Positions 12,611-23,718 of a DNA stretch of 64,000 bases are shown piece by piece. The stretch is from Leptogorgia sarmentosa (taxonomy: Eukaryota). The notes below the pieces were generated by a model. The model ran no database searches. It was given only the letters and a program-made list of their open reading frames with translations, and was not told the DNA's origin. The position numbers were made by a program, and so were the translations under genes. The stretch spans positions 24,552,001 through 24,616,000 of the forward strand of contig OZ210885.1 in assembly GCA_964658305.1 (NCBI GenBank). The letters run 5' to 3'. Position 1 is the stretch's first letter, and every line of letters begins with the position of its first letter.

Positions 12611-15600
12611 ATGATTAAAGGTAAGACATTGTTTTTATTAATATACTGTTTTTATGTTATTGCCTCAACATTTTCCTGGATGAATAAATACATAAATAAA
12701 TAAATTATGATATTGATCTAGATTATACGCGCCACTAGCTAGCAATGCTCTCTCTGTGCACTACGTCAGTATGCGTTGCTTATTCAATTAATATGCATAG
12801 TGAGAACATTTAAAGTGAACAGTAACGAATATGTCAATGATTAAATAGGCAAAATAGCTAAATAAGGTCGGGATTGAAATGGATTGAAAAGGTATTTTCA
12901 GTCATCTGATATTCTGATTTAACTGCGACAGCCAGGGCCGCCTAGAGAAATTTGGGGGCCCAGGGCAAAATTAGGCTTTGGGGCTTTGGAGATTATATGT
13001 TTTTGTACTATGTTGCATAAGGGGGTCCGGGGGCATTGTCCCTCGGGAAAATTTTAAAATTTGAGGTCCTACAATGGCAAAATCGTGCACTCTGTGACGG
13101 TATGTAAGAGTTTATATTTACCAGTACTACATATTCCCTTTTCTTTTTATGTGGGGCCCCCTTTAGTCGGGGCCCGGGGCAAGTTCCCCCCTTTGCTCCC
13201 CCCCCCTCTGGGCGGCCCTGGTGACAGCAGATTTAAAACAAGCATTATTGCAAATAAGGATCAAAGAGAAAAATTGTGACGTACTACCCACATTCAGAAA
13301 TAAAATTGGGAGAGAGGGGGAGGGGGGGAGGAGTGCCCATGTTCTGGGATCGAGTCTACCGAGTACCAACTATTGTTGTATTTGTGTTTGGTCACAAAAT
13401 GATGTTTTTCAGATTTTAGGATTGACTTTTAGGCATATTTCACAAAAGCTGGACAGGCGTATCACCCTAATGTGTGTTCCCTAGTTGCCCACTCAGCACA
13501 ATTTGTCAATTTTTCTGATTGTGCAGGCAGTTGCAGTTTGTTTGTGTTGATTTAATAATCAATTAATTAGGGCTGAGATTTCAAATGACTAATATACAAT
13601 AATTTACTTTGCATTTAAAGGTGATGATCAGCTTTGTCCAGTTTGTGACAAGGAAGTTGGAAATGTTCATCAATGTATTGCATGTAAAAGATATGTTCAT
13701 GTATTCTGTGGCAACCCAGTTGATGGAGAAGAGGAAGGATATGGACAAAGTGTTACTTGTTCAAATTGTGTTAGCAAAGCAGGTAAGCTGCAAGCATATT
13801 GTTATGATACAAACTCCTGGATGGTTCCTAGGCCTCTTGTTCCCAAACAATTAGGTCCTTTATAGAACTTTATTAGAAAGCATACTATATGACAGGAGAT
13901 GCCATAAATTATTCTTTTTCAGCTAAAACTACTGGATCAAGCATGGAATTATGCAAAGTTACATCCATCAAGAAGGATCCTTGGGCAGGATTTAAAAGAA
14001 AACATACTGAACAACTGGCAACTGAGAATGAGAAGGTCAAAAAGCAAGAGGTGTCCAACAACACACAACCCAAGAAAGACCAACCAAATCCCCATATTTG
14101 TTTGAAATGTGGGACAGAACTTGTACGTGGAAGAGAATCATACAAGATTCGACATTGGCAGCAGAAGCATAGAAATCAAGATCCCCAAAACTCTCTTGCT
14201 AATATTGTTCCAAAAAATCATGAATCTGCAAGGAAACTGCTTGCCACAATTAAAGGAAGAGAAACACATCCAACACATTTATTGAGAAAGCATGAGAATA
14301 CAGTTGTTGTAGATAAAGAAGATGGTAAACTAAATGACTCCAGTGACCAGAACTCAGCAACTTCAATGAAAAGTATTAAGCCAGTAACAACCACTGGAAA
14401 CAAACAAGATAGCGTTGATGGAGCTTGCTGTGGAAACACACAAAAAGGCAAAGGAAGCACAAAAGAATTGACTGTTCAAAGTACATTAAATGATTTTATC
14501 ATAAAAGAACAGGAAGCAGAGACTACCCAACTCAATAAGATTCAGGGTGATGTCAACCTTATATTATTGATGCTAGAAGATCTTACAGTAGAATCTAAAG
14601 TAAAATCAAAAGTTGGCGACAGCACAGACAGAAGTAATGTTAATGCAGGATCTTTAAAAGAGTTTTCAAATCTTCTTGAAATTTCTCACCCAGACATAGT
14701 TATTGACATTCTTGATGACGGTTGCAGAGTAACTTGTATACCATGCAAACATTACTTTCTATCACAGTCAAAGAAAGGAAGGTATGATACCAATGAGATA
14801 CCCAGACTGCAGAGTATGGCGTTTTTCAACGAGATCTCTGGTGTGCAGGAACATATTTCTGGTGCGCTGGTGTGCAGGCAAAATATTTCTGGTGCAGTGG
14901 TGTGCAATCAATCGCAATGTGCCAATGTTACGAGTTTTTTAAATCAGTTATAGGAAGACTGTTGGGCTGATTTATTGTTCATGTATGATGTAAGAAAATT
15001 CAATTTTACGTGTCTTTCTGATTTCTGAAAATTCCACCGATCTATTGTGGAGCCATAGCAGACCTTTATTCCAACGGCAGCGAAAGTCATAAGCTGCCAA
15101 AACATCGCCTTCCAACATTTATAGATGCCAGAAGAAGAGCACAGCTGAAATATGATACCAGCAAAGTTGTTGACAGAATTAAGCATGAACATGCACGATG
15201 TCCGCATGTCTTAAAAGAACATGAAAACTGAGCTAATAATTTCACTTCATTGACATTTATCCGAAAAAGCAATATCAAGAAAATATAATTATAGTTTGAA
15301 CTTAAAACATGATGAACATCTATGCTCTATTGAAGTCAATTGTAAATGAGAAATTAACGAATAAAATTGAGAGGTTTTGGCATTTCTGAGAGACTAGTTT
15401 TTAAAATCTTCATGGGGGAGCATTCTCCCAGACCCCCTAGCTGGCTCGCGTCTCTGGCGCTCGATGTGCACATATTTATTGAAGTATAAATCTCCGGTGT
15501 GCAACTGCCATACTCTGCAGTCTGGTGAGATACTGTGTTTTTTTAATGAGGCAATTTCATTAGTTGTAAATAATCTGTTTGTATTGAAGCACTGGTATAG

Positions 15601-18600
15601 ATACACAGACAGTGTTCTGTAATTCTAAAACTTCTATACATTATTTCAAATTATTTCGTGTGCGAGCCATTTTTTATCTGTTGGAAAAGACAGATCCCCC
15701 GGGATTTGGAAATTTAAATTTCAAAATTTTTTCGTTTATTCTACATTATAAGTACCCAAACAATCCACATACACCAAAGACTTTGTATCCCGAGTCCCTT
15801 TGCGAAGTTGAGAGCAATTTCAAATCTGTCAGTTCAGATCGGTCATTTCAAATCTGTCAGTTTTTTTATACAACCTGCATTAGATTATAGAAGACGCCAT
15901 GGTGTAGAAATATGAAAAAAATCTCAGCACTCTACTTCATCTTGTGCCATGATATTTGCTTGTACCATGTATTTGCAAAAATTCTTCATTTTTTAGCAGA
16001 ACTTTGGTCATGTTTTGAAATAGCCATTTAATGGTTTTTTATAAAATGTGAAAACGTTTGCTTTTTCATTGGTAGCACTTCCCAATGTTGGGGTACTGGT
16101 ATTATTTACGAACGCGAGAAAATGGAGGCATTGGTTAGTGGAGGGAATCAAGACTGGTACAATTTTAAACGTGCGTTGACTGATCATGTAAGCTGTAGTT
16201 CCATTCGCAGTGGCGGTCACGAACATTTTAAAGCAAAACAGTACGAGATCAAGGAAAGGAAACGCAATGCACAAAATCTCAAAGTCAACACAAATCTTGT
16301 GAGCGCAGCAATTCAAGTGTGCAAAATGAAAGCAGCAGCCTTAAATTATGAGAACATGATTGGATTCTTATCTTTTTGCGGTTCAGATGTAGGAGCCATT
16401 GGCCATGGACGGTGAGAATTATACTTTATAGTAAAACATCGTGATGGCTAATAACTTTACATAAATTATGTATTCAACATTCTAATGATCTACTTCTAAT
16501 GATTCTAATGATTCTACTTTTGTTTACAGCAACCAGTTTCCAGAAATATTGAAGACCGCATACGAATATGCCATTGCTAAGACAGCCGAATACCTGAAAA
16601 AGCCTTTGAAAACAACTGGCTTACGTCCTCATATTTCTGTCGCCGTTGACAAATCAACCCCACATAGAGAAACGAATCATGCAATTTTACTTCTCATGCC
16701 TGTTAATGGAAGGCGAATTGCGATGCCGTTAGATTGCCCACCTGTCTACTCTGTTGATCCAGTCACACGTGACATAGTTGGAGGTTGCGGAGAACACCTT
16801 GCTGAGCAGATTATCGATGTTTTGAAGAAGAAAGTTTCTTTTACCCCGAGTGATTTGCATTACATAAGAGGTATAAGTAACAAGATAATACATTTTTTGT
16901 CTGTGAATTTACCATCACCAAGCACTAAAGCGACTAAAACCATGATTTTCAATCTTGTTTCCTCTCTCTGACTAGCAATCCATGCGGACGGCCAATATCA
17001 GTCCAGTACATTCCAAAATGCTCTTTACACACTAATGGGATCAGACAACCATCCAGCTGATCCGTTCTTTCTGACTCCATGGGATGTTTCCCACTGGATG
17101 GATTTGGCTATGGAAGCATTGCGAACGAAGTCTAACCAGTCTTCCTCATTCCTGTCGAGACTCATCAAAAGATCTAACCGACTCCATACAATGTTTAGTC
17201 GAGGGCGTGGGCATAGCGAGTACAAAGGTCTAGCTTCTTCTCTTGGGTTGCGCGCCATGGAGACGGTTACTTTTGTGACCACACGCTTCTTTAGCTCTGC
17301 ATTTGAGCAATGGGATAAAATTTACAAGAGCTATAGGGCACTTATGGAAGTGTTCATGCAATGCAGAGAAAATGAAGATGATGACTGTGAGCAGGCAAAA
17401 TATGAGGTACGAATTGGGAATCCCCTTTCTTTTGCACCCACAACTAATTCAGTAAAATATCACAGACACAATTTCCTGTATTACTACAGTACATCTAAGT
17501 CAGTAAATTATATTATCATATTACATTGTACATTTTATGTAATGTCTTCATACAGGTCCGAGGTCAAGATTACGCCATCGACATGTGTGGGGTTCTAGAC
17601 GTCCTTCGACCAAGTGTTACCCTCATGATAAAATGTCAAGCTGTCAATCTTCCTCCTTGGAAAGTCGTTTCGTGGTTTCCTAGAGTGATTGATCTTCTAG
17701 AAAGAATACGAACCAACCTTGAAGAAGTAAAGGCCGGAGAGAATCCATTTAAGGAACTTCTACCAACTCTAAGCAAGCATTGGGAAGAACTTACTTCTCT
17801 TCGCAATGAGGAGGATGATAGTGAAGTTGGTGAAGATGGTGATGATGAGGTTGTTGGGTCTTTCCATGGTGTACCAGTTCTGCGCGGATGGCTCGTAGTT
17901 GGGGAAAACGTGGAGCGTGAAGCGAAAGGGAAGAAGCAGACCCTGTATACATGGGAAGCAAGGGATCCCTACAAGTGCATTGATGATCTCATAACGTTGT
18001 GCCACGAGCTCAAGGACAAGCTGCAAAGCCGCTACAATGACATCATCTCTGATGAAGTTAAACAGATGGGAACGATTTTCGATTTCGAAAATATGATTGA
18101 AAGTCTATCAATGTTTTCTGTACAAGATGGAAAGTTGTCAATATCCAAAGCAAATCGCAGGGATTGGGACACATGTGGCCGTGAAGAATTCAAGGAATTC
18201 TACTTGCATGTTTGCAATCTTCCTCACATTGCACATTTAAGTGATATGAATCAAGAGTTAGAGCTGTTTGCACACAGCAGTGACTTAGTACTGAAGAATT
18301 TGAAGACAACGATCCTAAATATCGTTTGGCATGGGCTTGGTGGATGCGCATATGAAATTTTTCGCCATGAGGACGGTGAAAAGATTGAAGAGTTTCAAGT
18401 CAGCCAATTGAAGAAGATCTCAGTTGTTCAGGATTGTAGCATAGATAAATGGTTTTGGCTAGAATTTTTTTCAGGCACAGAGGTAAAGGGACGGATTTGT
18501 GAAGTATCACTAGTTGAATCATTTTACAACAATGATGTGATATCCGAATCACTTGGACAAGAGATGTGTATAGCATTGGACGTTGCGTTAGCATCAGGCA

Positions 18601-18911
18601 GTTGCGAGGCCGTGGTGGAAGGATTTTATAGCGTCGTCAAAGCACACAAACAGTATGGTGGGCAATCAAATGATGTTCTGATGCATCGAGCTGTTGTTGA
18701 TTGGTGCATTCCCCAACCCATAACATGCAAGGAAACGATGCTTGAAATAGGAAAACTTTATTCTGAAGGTAGTAAGGTACTCGGCATCTCAAAGCATAGA
18801 AGCGCTTTCTTCAGTAATGTTAGAGAAAGAGCTGCCATGAAATACAAAGTAAGCAAGGTCGTTGATCGGATAGCAGCTGAGGAGCCAAGATGTCCTCATA
18901 TTGTAAATTAA
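12611..18911 (+). CDS. Spliced hAT-like transposase, ~1164 aa; exons 12611-12620, 13621-13782, 13923-14781, 16076-16411, 16530-16870, 16976-17406, 17556-18911
   Basis: All introns are GT-AG and phase-compatible; total 3495 nt with no internal stop. Contains a PHD-like exon, a C2H2/BED-like CLKC...HWQQKH, and catalytic-type motifs VDKST, ADGQY, WDVSH, TTRF, SCEAVVEGFYS. The first micro-exon is the least certain. Confidence 0.8.
12933..13220. mobile_element. hAT-type MITE (288 bp) in intron 1 of the transposase
   Basis: TIR CAGGGCCGCC(T/C)AGAG; 8-bp TSD GCGACAGC / GTGACAGC (one mismatch). Confidence 0.88.
14802..15525. mobile_element. MITE (724 bp) with TIRs nearly identical to those of the host hAT-like element
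   Basis: TIR CCAGACTGCAGAGTATGGC; perfect 8-bp TSD TGAGATAC (14794-14801, 15526-15533). Confidence 0.93.
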
Positions 18912-19794
18912 AGTTGGTTATATACTTATGTAGCTAATTACATAAGTGGATTTTGAAATCAACTTTTTAAAGTAATTTTGACGCATGTATTGTTTAAGCC
19001 TGTAAACAGACAAAGATTTATATTAGATGACTACGCTGTACGGTAATCCGTATAGTATATACTGTAGACTTTTAATATTCCAGAGGACAAATAAATGTGA
19101 AAGTATTAAGTGAAGAATGGTGTACATCAACGTTGTTGGTTTTACTTGTTATTGAGAATAAAAATACAAAATTTTAATGCACTAGGTGCGCCAAATTTGC
19201 GCTTAGCCGCTACGTACTCACGCCTAGGTGCGCTAATTTTCACTAAGAAAAAAATATTGAGTGCGCCGTTGCCACACTCTGCAGTCTGGGCCTTCACTCC
19301 TCGAAGGCCACCATCTTGCATTACGTAATTGTAAGCAAAAGCTTGTCGCTGATTGGCTAGAAGCTAACAGCTAACAGGGTCATAGCATAGTCATCATCTG
19401 TCATAATCATCTGCAAATTTGCAGATACAGAAATGTTAAAGCCCCTTTTGCATTGAGATGCTGCCCACAAGACAGTAATATTCATGTTTTTAGCATTTTA
19501 GCACGATTACCGTATTAATAAACATACATAATTATTCAAAATGCCACATCAAAGTCCTGAATAAATCTCGCACCTCCTCTTTAAAATCGAACTGTATGTT
19601 TGAATTGAAAGACATTGTGCGAAACAGGCAGTTGTAATGATAAATATTTTAATAATATAGCTTACCTCGATATTTTCAGCACCAATTTTACACTTTACAT
19701 CGAAGAATACAACTTGCAAGTCGAACACATGTGGTCGTATATGTTCGTACGGAGTTCGGCGCAGACTGTTTTGCATGTTTGTGTAGTGGTTCGT

Positions 19795-19935
19795 GTGTGC
19801 TTTACTTGTGTTCGTGTATTTCTATTTGTGTTTGTGTATTTCTACTTGTGTCCGTGTATGTCTGTTCGTGTATTTCTGCTTGTGTTTGTGTACTTCTATT
19901 TGTGTTTTGTGTATTTCTGCTTGTGTTTGTGTTCG
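19795..19935. repeat. Degenerate GT-rich minisatellite (TGTGTTTGTGTATTTCTRCT-like units)
   Basis: Repeated ~20-bp units are visible; they create spurious overlapping ORFs. Confidence 0.8.
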
Positions 19936-20279
19936 ATGCATTGTACCTCTGGGCCACTGTATATATTAGGTCACAGACATCTGAAAATATGTGTGTTCCA
20001 CATAACATACATACCAGTTAAAATACATTCTGGCCTAAAATGAAGCTCACAGATATAAATATATACAAATAATAAACGGAGCCATTACTTACGCCCATTT
20101 TCCTTCAATGGTTTTGTGTATTTGCTGTTTGAAGTAGCCTGCGTACAGATGCTTGGGGTCAAAATGAGGGCGCTTACAAGCGTCTGTGCAACAGCAACCC
20201 GTGACGTGTTCTTGGAGGCGTGGCCAGAAGCGAAAATTATGCAAATAATTATAAGCAGGCATGAAATGAATTATGCGGT

Positions 20280-20470
20280 AAACTACGTTAACAAACGGTA
20301 AACATTGAAATATTAGGGATTTGCCTGCGCCAGTCGGCAAGCTGACAAAAACATTTAAATTGCTTTCAAAGAACGCTTTCATCGCCTTCCTCTGTTCTGG
20401 AAATAAACTTTCAATTTTAAACAGAGCCGCAACAGAACACTGATGCATTTTGCCAAGAATCTTCGGCCAT
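20280..20470 (-). pseudogene. N-terminal fragment of a RecQ-like helicase (probably AcademH-derived)
   Basis: LFPEQRKAM...VFVSLPTGAGKSLIFQCLP (Q-motif region plus Walker A); the rest of the helicase is absent. Confidence 0.7.
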
Positions 20471-20789
20471 CTTGCGATTATATATAATTTATATGGTATG
20501 AATTATGATGCAGGCATGAATTACGCGGCGAACCAATGAAATGCCTGTATTATTTGTCGACCAATCACAATGAACTATCTAGTTTCTGGATAGCAGATAC
20601 ATCACAGAACACGAAACATTGTGCTGATTCATAGTCTGTATTGCAAGGCAAAACAAAAACAGACTATGCATAGTCTATGTCTGAAGTGGCGACAGTAGTG
20701 TTTCGAAACAACCAAAGGTCGTGTTTTCTACAGGTCGAACACCCATAAAAAGCACAGTTTGAACCAGGCATTACATTTCCCTGTATGTA

Positions 20790-21748
20790 TCGAGTGGTTG
20801 AAGAATAAAACCTAGGAATTCCTCACATACCTTTGATAGGTTGTCCACAAACCTCAGTACTACCACCATTTATTCCACATTAGCAAAATCAGTAGCTTTG
20901 TCAACCAAAATAGAAAAAAACTTTGCGTCCTTTATCTCACCTGCAAGCACTTCAGTAATCATTTCGCCACATATTTCTAGAATTTCGTTCTGAATGGTTT
21001 TCGATCTATAGGTCTGGTTTGAAGGACAATCCTTGAAAAGCTCATCCATTAGGTTGCCACATCTTGCACCATACTTCACAATCTCAATGCAATTACCAGG
21101 ATTTGTTGTGTCATCGCCGATGTAATACTTCGAATCGTCACGGTGTCCTCGAAGTGCAATATTCTGTCTTCCACAAGTGATAACAGCGTCAATAATGGGA
21201 TGAAGACGCATCCTATTTTTCAGTTAATTGCTGTCACGCATTGTTCAAATGGACATCAATAGGAATCGTTTTTCATTCTATCATGCGTTTAAAGTCTGTT
21301 GCCCAGAGGGTGGCAGTTTCATGAACTTTCAAATTCAGTGCGTGCCGATTTAATTTCTGTACAGTAGATGGTTTAGGCACAAGGCCAGAGGTCATTAATT
21401 GTTGCAGCTTACTAGCGTTGTGCGTACTTTCACCACCAAAGAGGGCACAATTAATACAGAAACCACCATTTACAACAGCAGAATAGACTAACCATGGGAA
21501 ACGAGTAAACCAGTCATATTGAAAACGTCTACCAGATATTACGTCAGGTGGAAATGTATACTCTGAATCAGGCTTCCAATGATTGGTAAGAAGATCATAT
21601 TTTTCAGCATTTGACAGAGTTGATAAACGATTTATGTAACTTATATCTTTAGGATGGTTGGCATTTTCTGTGTGACATAAATTTTCAGGCCTATCAGAAC
21701 TGGTTGTAGCTCTGGGTTTGCAATCTGGAGTGTTATTAGTAGAGCTTG
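20790..21748 (-). pseudogene. hAT transposase fragment (TTF zinc finger plus DUF4371; PRKRIR/ZMYM1-like)
   Basis: RRFQYDWFTRFPWLVYS...FCINCALF, ALRGHRD, NPGN, YRSKTIQNEIL, FFSILVD; contains stops and frameshifts and is 3'-truncated. Confidence 0.88.
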
Positions 21749-22944
21749 CAACCTCGTTCCCAGGGTCTTGATCCTCTCGCTCCCTGCTGAGGAAAGACCC
21801 TGGTCGGGGCTGGTCACGTGATTGATTGGCCTCAGGGGGTGAGAGGAAAGTCTCAAATTACATTTTTCCACTTGAAAACGTTACATTTCAATAGTAAGGA
21901 GTGAGTAAGGACTTAACTGATGCGAATAATTGATAGGATATAATACTTAACTGATAGGAGCCTGCTTTAACCCGCTTATTAACGTTTTGAATTATACAAG
22001 AAAACCATCTAACAAGAACAAATTTTATCGACACAAGAAATCGAACAATATGATCATGATATTGTGCGCTTCGTAGCAAACCTCAGGTGCTGTTTTAAAT
22101 TGAAGCGTTTCTGTGTTAATATTCTGTAACATGCCTTTGAATTCTTCCCATGCAGATACCTTACAAATTTTGTGTTTATTTCCTTGTTTATTGAGAGTTA
22201 TTCTTAAAAATGACTGCGGGTGTTCATACACAGGCAAATAGACATAGCGCCTTTGGGCAAAATTCACATCTTGGCACAACTGATTGCATGCATGCCAAAC
22301 ATAAACATTTCACTCAGAGAGAGAAAAACTCATGGTAGTGCTATGGATTTTCACTGAAAATACACTCAATATATCATTAATAAAGGAGAAGGATTTTCAA
22401 TACACAGTGTGTTTAATATGGAATGGAAAATCTGATCATATAGTTCCGACAAGAGAGCAAGCATGTTAAATGCTACAATATAAATCTATTGCCATTCACA
22501 GTGAATTTTTGAATTCAAAGGAGTGATAGCAGATGTTTAGTAATTTGTTTCTCATGACATCTGGTTAAGTTTAGATAAACTTTGTAAATCTATAATATAT
22601 AGGCCACAGCATCAGTGACAGTGACACAATCAATGGCCACACAATGTGTATATATATTGTAAGTGTTTGCATGTATACAGTACACATGTTCTTTCAAACC
22701 ATGCAAGTATATGCACAGTCATTCTCATACAAATTAAGAAGAAAATTCTGTATATTATTACAATATACAAATTCAAAGAAGTGAAATATCTTTTTACGAT
22801 TTTTATTGTGCCTGCGAGCTGTATTTATGAAGGTAATGAAACAAATATTCAAATTGTATTTGTAGAGGTAACTCAACACCTCCGGCCAGTGGAGTCGTGC
22901 ATTTCCGGCGCAGTTTGAGGAAGAAATGTGTTTTTGGGATTTTA

Positions 22945-23478
22945 ATATAGGATATTACACGGTTGCGAGAAGATATGGATTTTATGTTCGAGTGGCAAGA
23001 ACAATATCTCACGAGTGAGCGCAGCGAACGAGTGAGATATTGTTCTTGCCACGAGAACATAAAATCCATATCTTCGAGCGAACCGTGTAATGTTCTGTTT
23101 ATTATATGGACTTATTCAGAGTGACACAAATACACAACAACTACCCTTTTAATGAAAACATGCAGTCTAAAACACGACAATTAATGGCTTTAAAATTAGC
23201 CTTTACTAAATATAGATTATAAAATACCGCTTTATTGTAGTTTATTGTAGTATTGTAGCTTTATTGTTCGTCGCAAAACGTACTAATATCGTCTTCGCTT
23301 AAATTCACAAACCTTGAAGTAGAAGCCATTTGTAAACAGCGAAAAAAAGCCGGGAAGCCGTTATGTCACCCCTAAGCGTGACATACGGAAAATACGCGCA
23401 CCGTATCCCGGATGTAGTGGCGTATGAGTTCTACGAGTGTTTTAGTTCCCAATAAAATACCGCTGTCCATATAATAAT
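22945..23478. repeat. Non-autonomous repeat with an internal long hairpin (Crypton-like architecture)
   Basis: Imperfect palindrome at ~22974-23070 (TATGGATTT...CAATATCTCAC / GTGAGATATTG...AAATCCATA); ends in ATAATAA. Confidence 0.5.
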
Positions 23479-23718
23479 ATTGTTTATGTTGCAAGGAAGA
23501 AATGTGTTTTGGGGATTATTGACATTCGGTAAGACATTGAGGGTTTTGTATGTATTCTGTCCTCTGTGTAAATATTGTTGTGTGTTATGGGTATGTCTGA
23601 TGTAGTTTCAAATGGATGTAATTTATATTTGTTAAAATAAAACAGTAAAGCCAGAGCGTGGAGCTGTCACATTCGGGTCAATAGAAAATAAATAATACAT
23701 CAGCAAGAAAAAGACGTA

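Larger units (their letters stand above)
12137..19289 (+). mobile_element. Divergent hAT-like autonomous DNA transposon, apparently intact
   Basis: 20-bp TIR CCAGACTGCAGAGTGTGGCA at both ends. Perfect 8-bp TSD GCCTTCAC (12129-12136, 19290-19297). Subterminal GGTGCGC repeats near both ends. Confidence 0.93.

Noticed and set aside
19615..20043. Hydrophobic 142-aa membrane-protein-like ORF
   Set aside because: An artefact of translating a GT-rich minisatellite; overlapping low-complexity ORFs occur in several frames.
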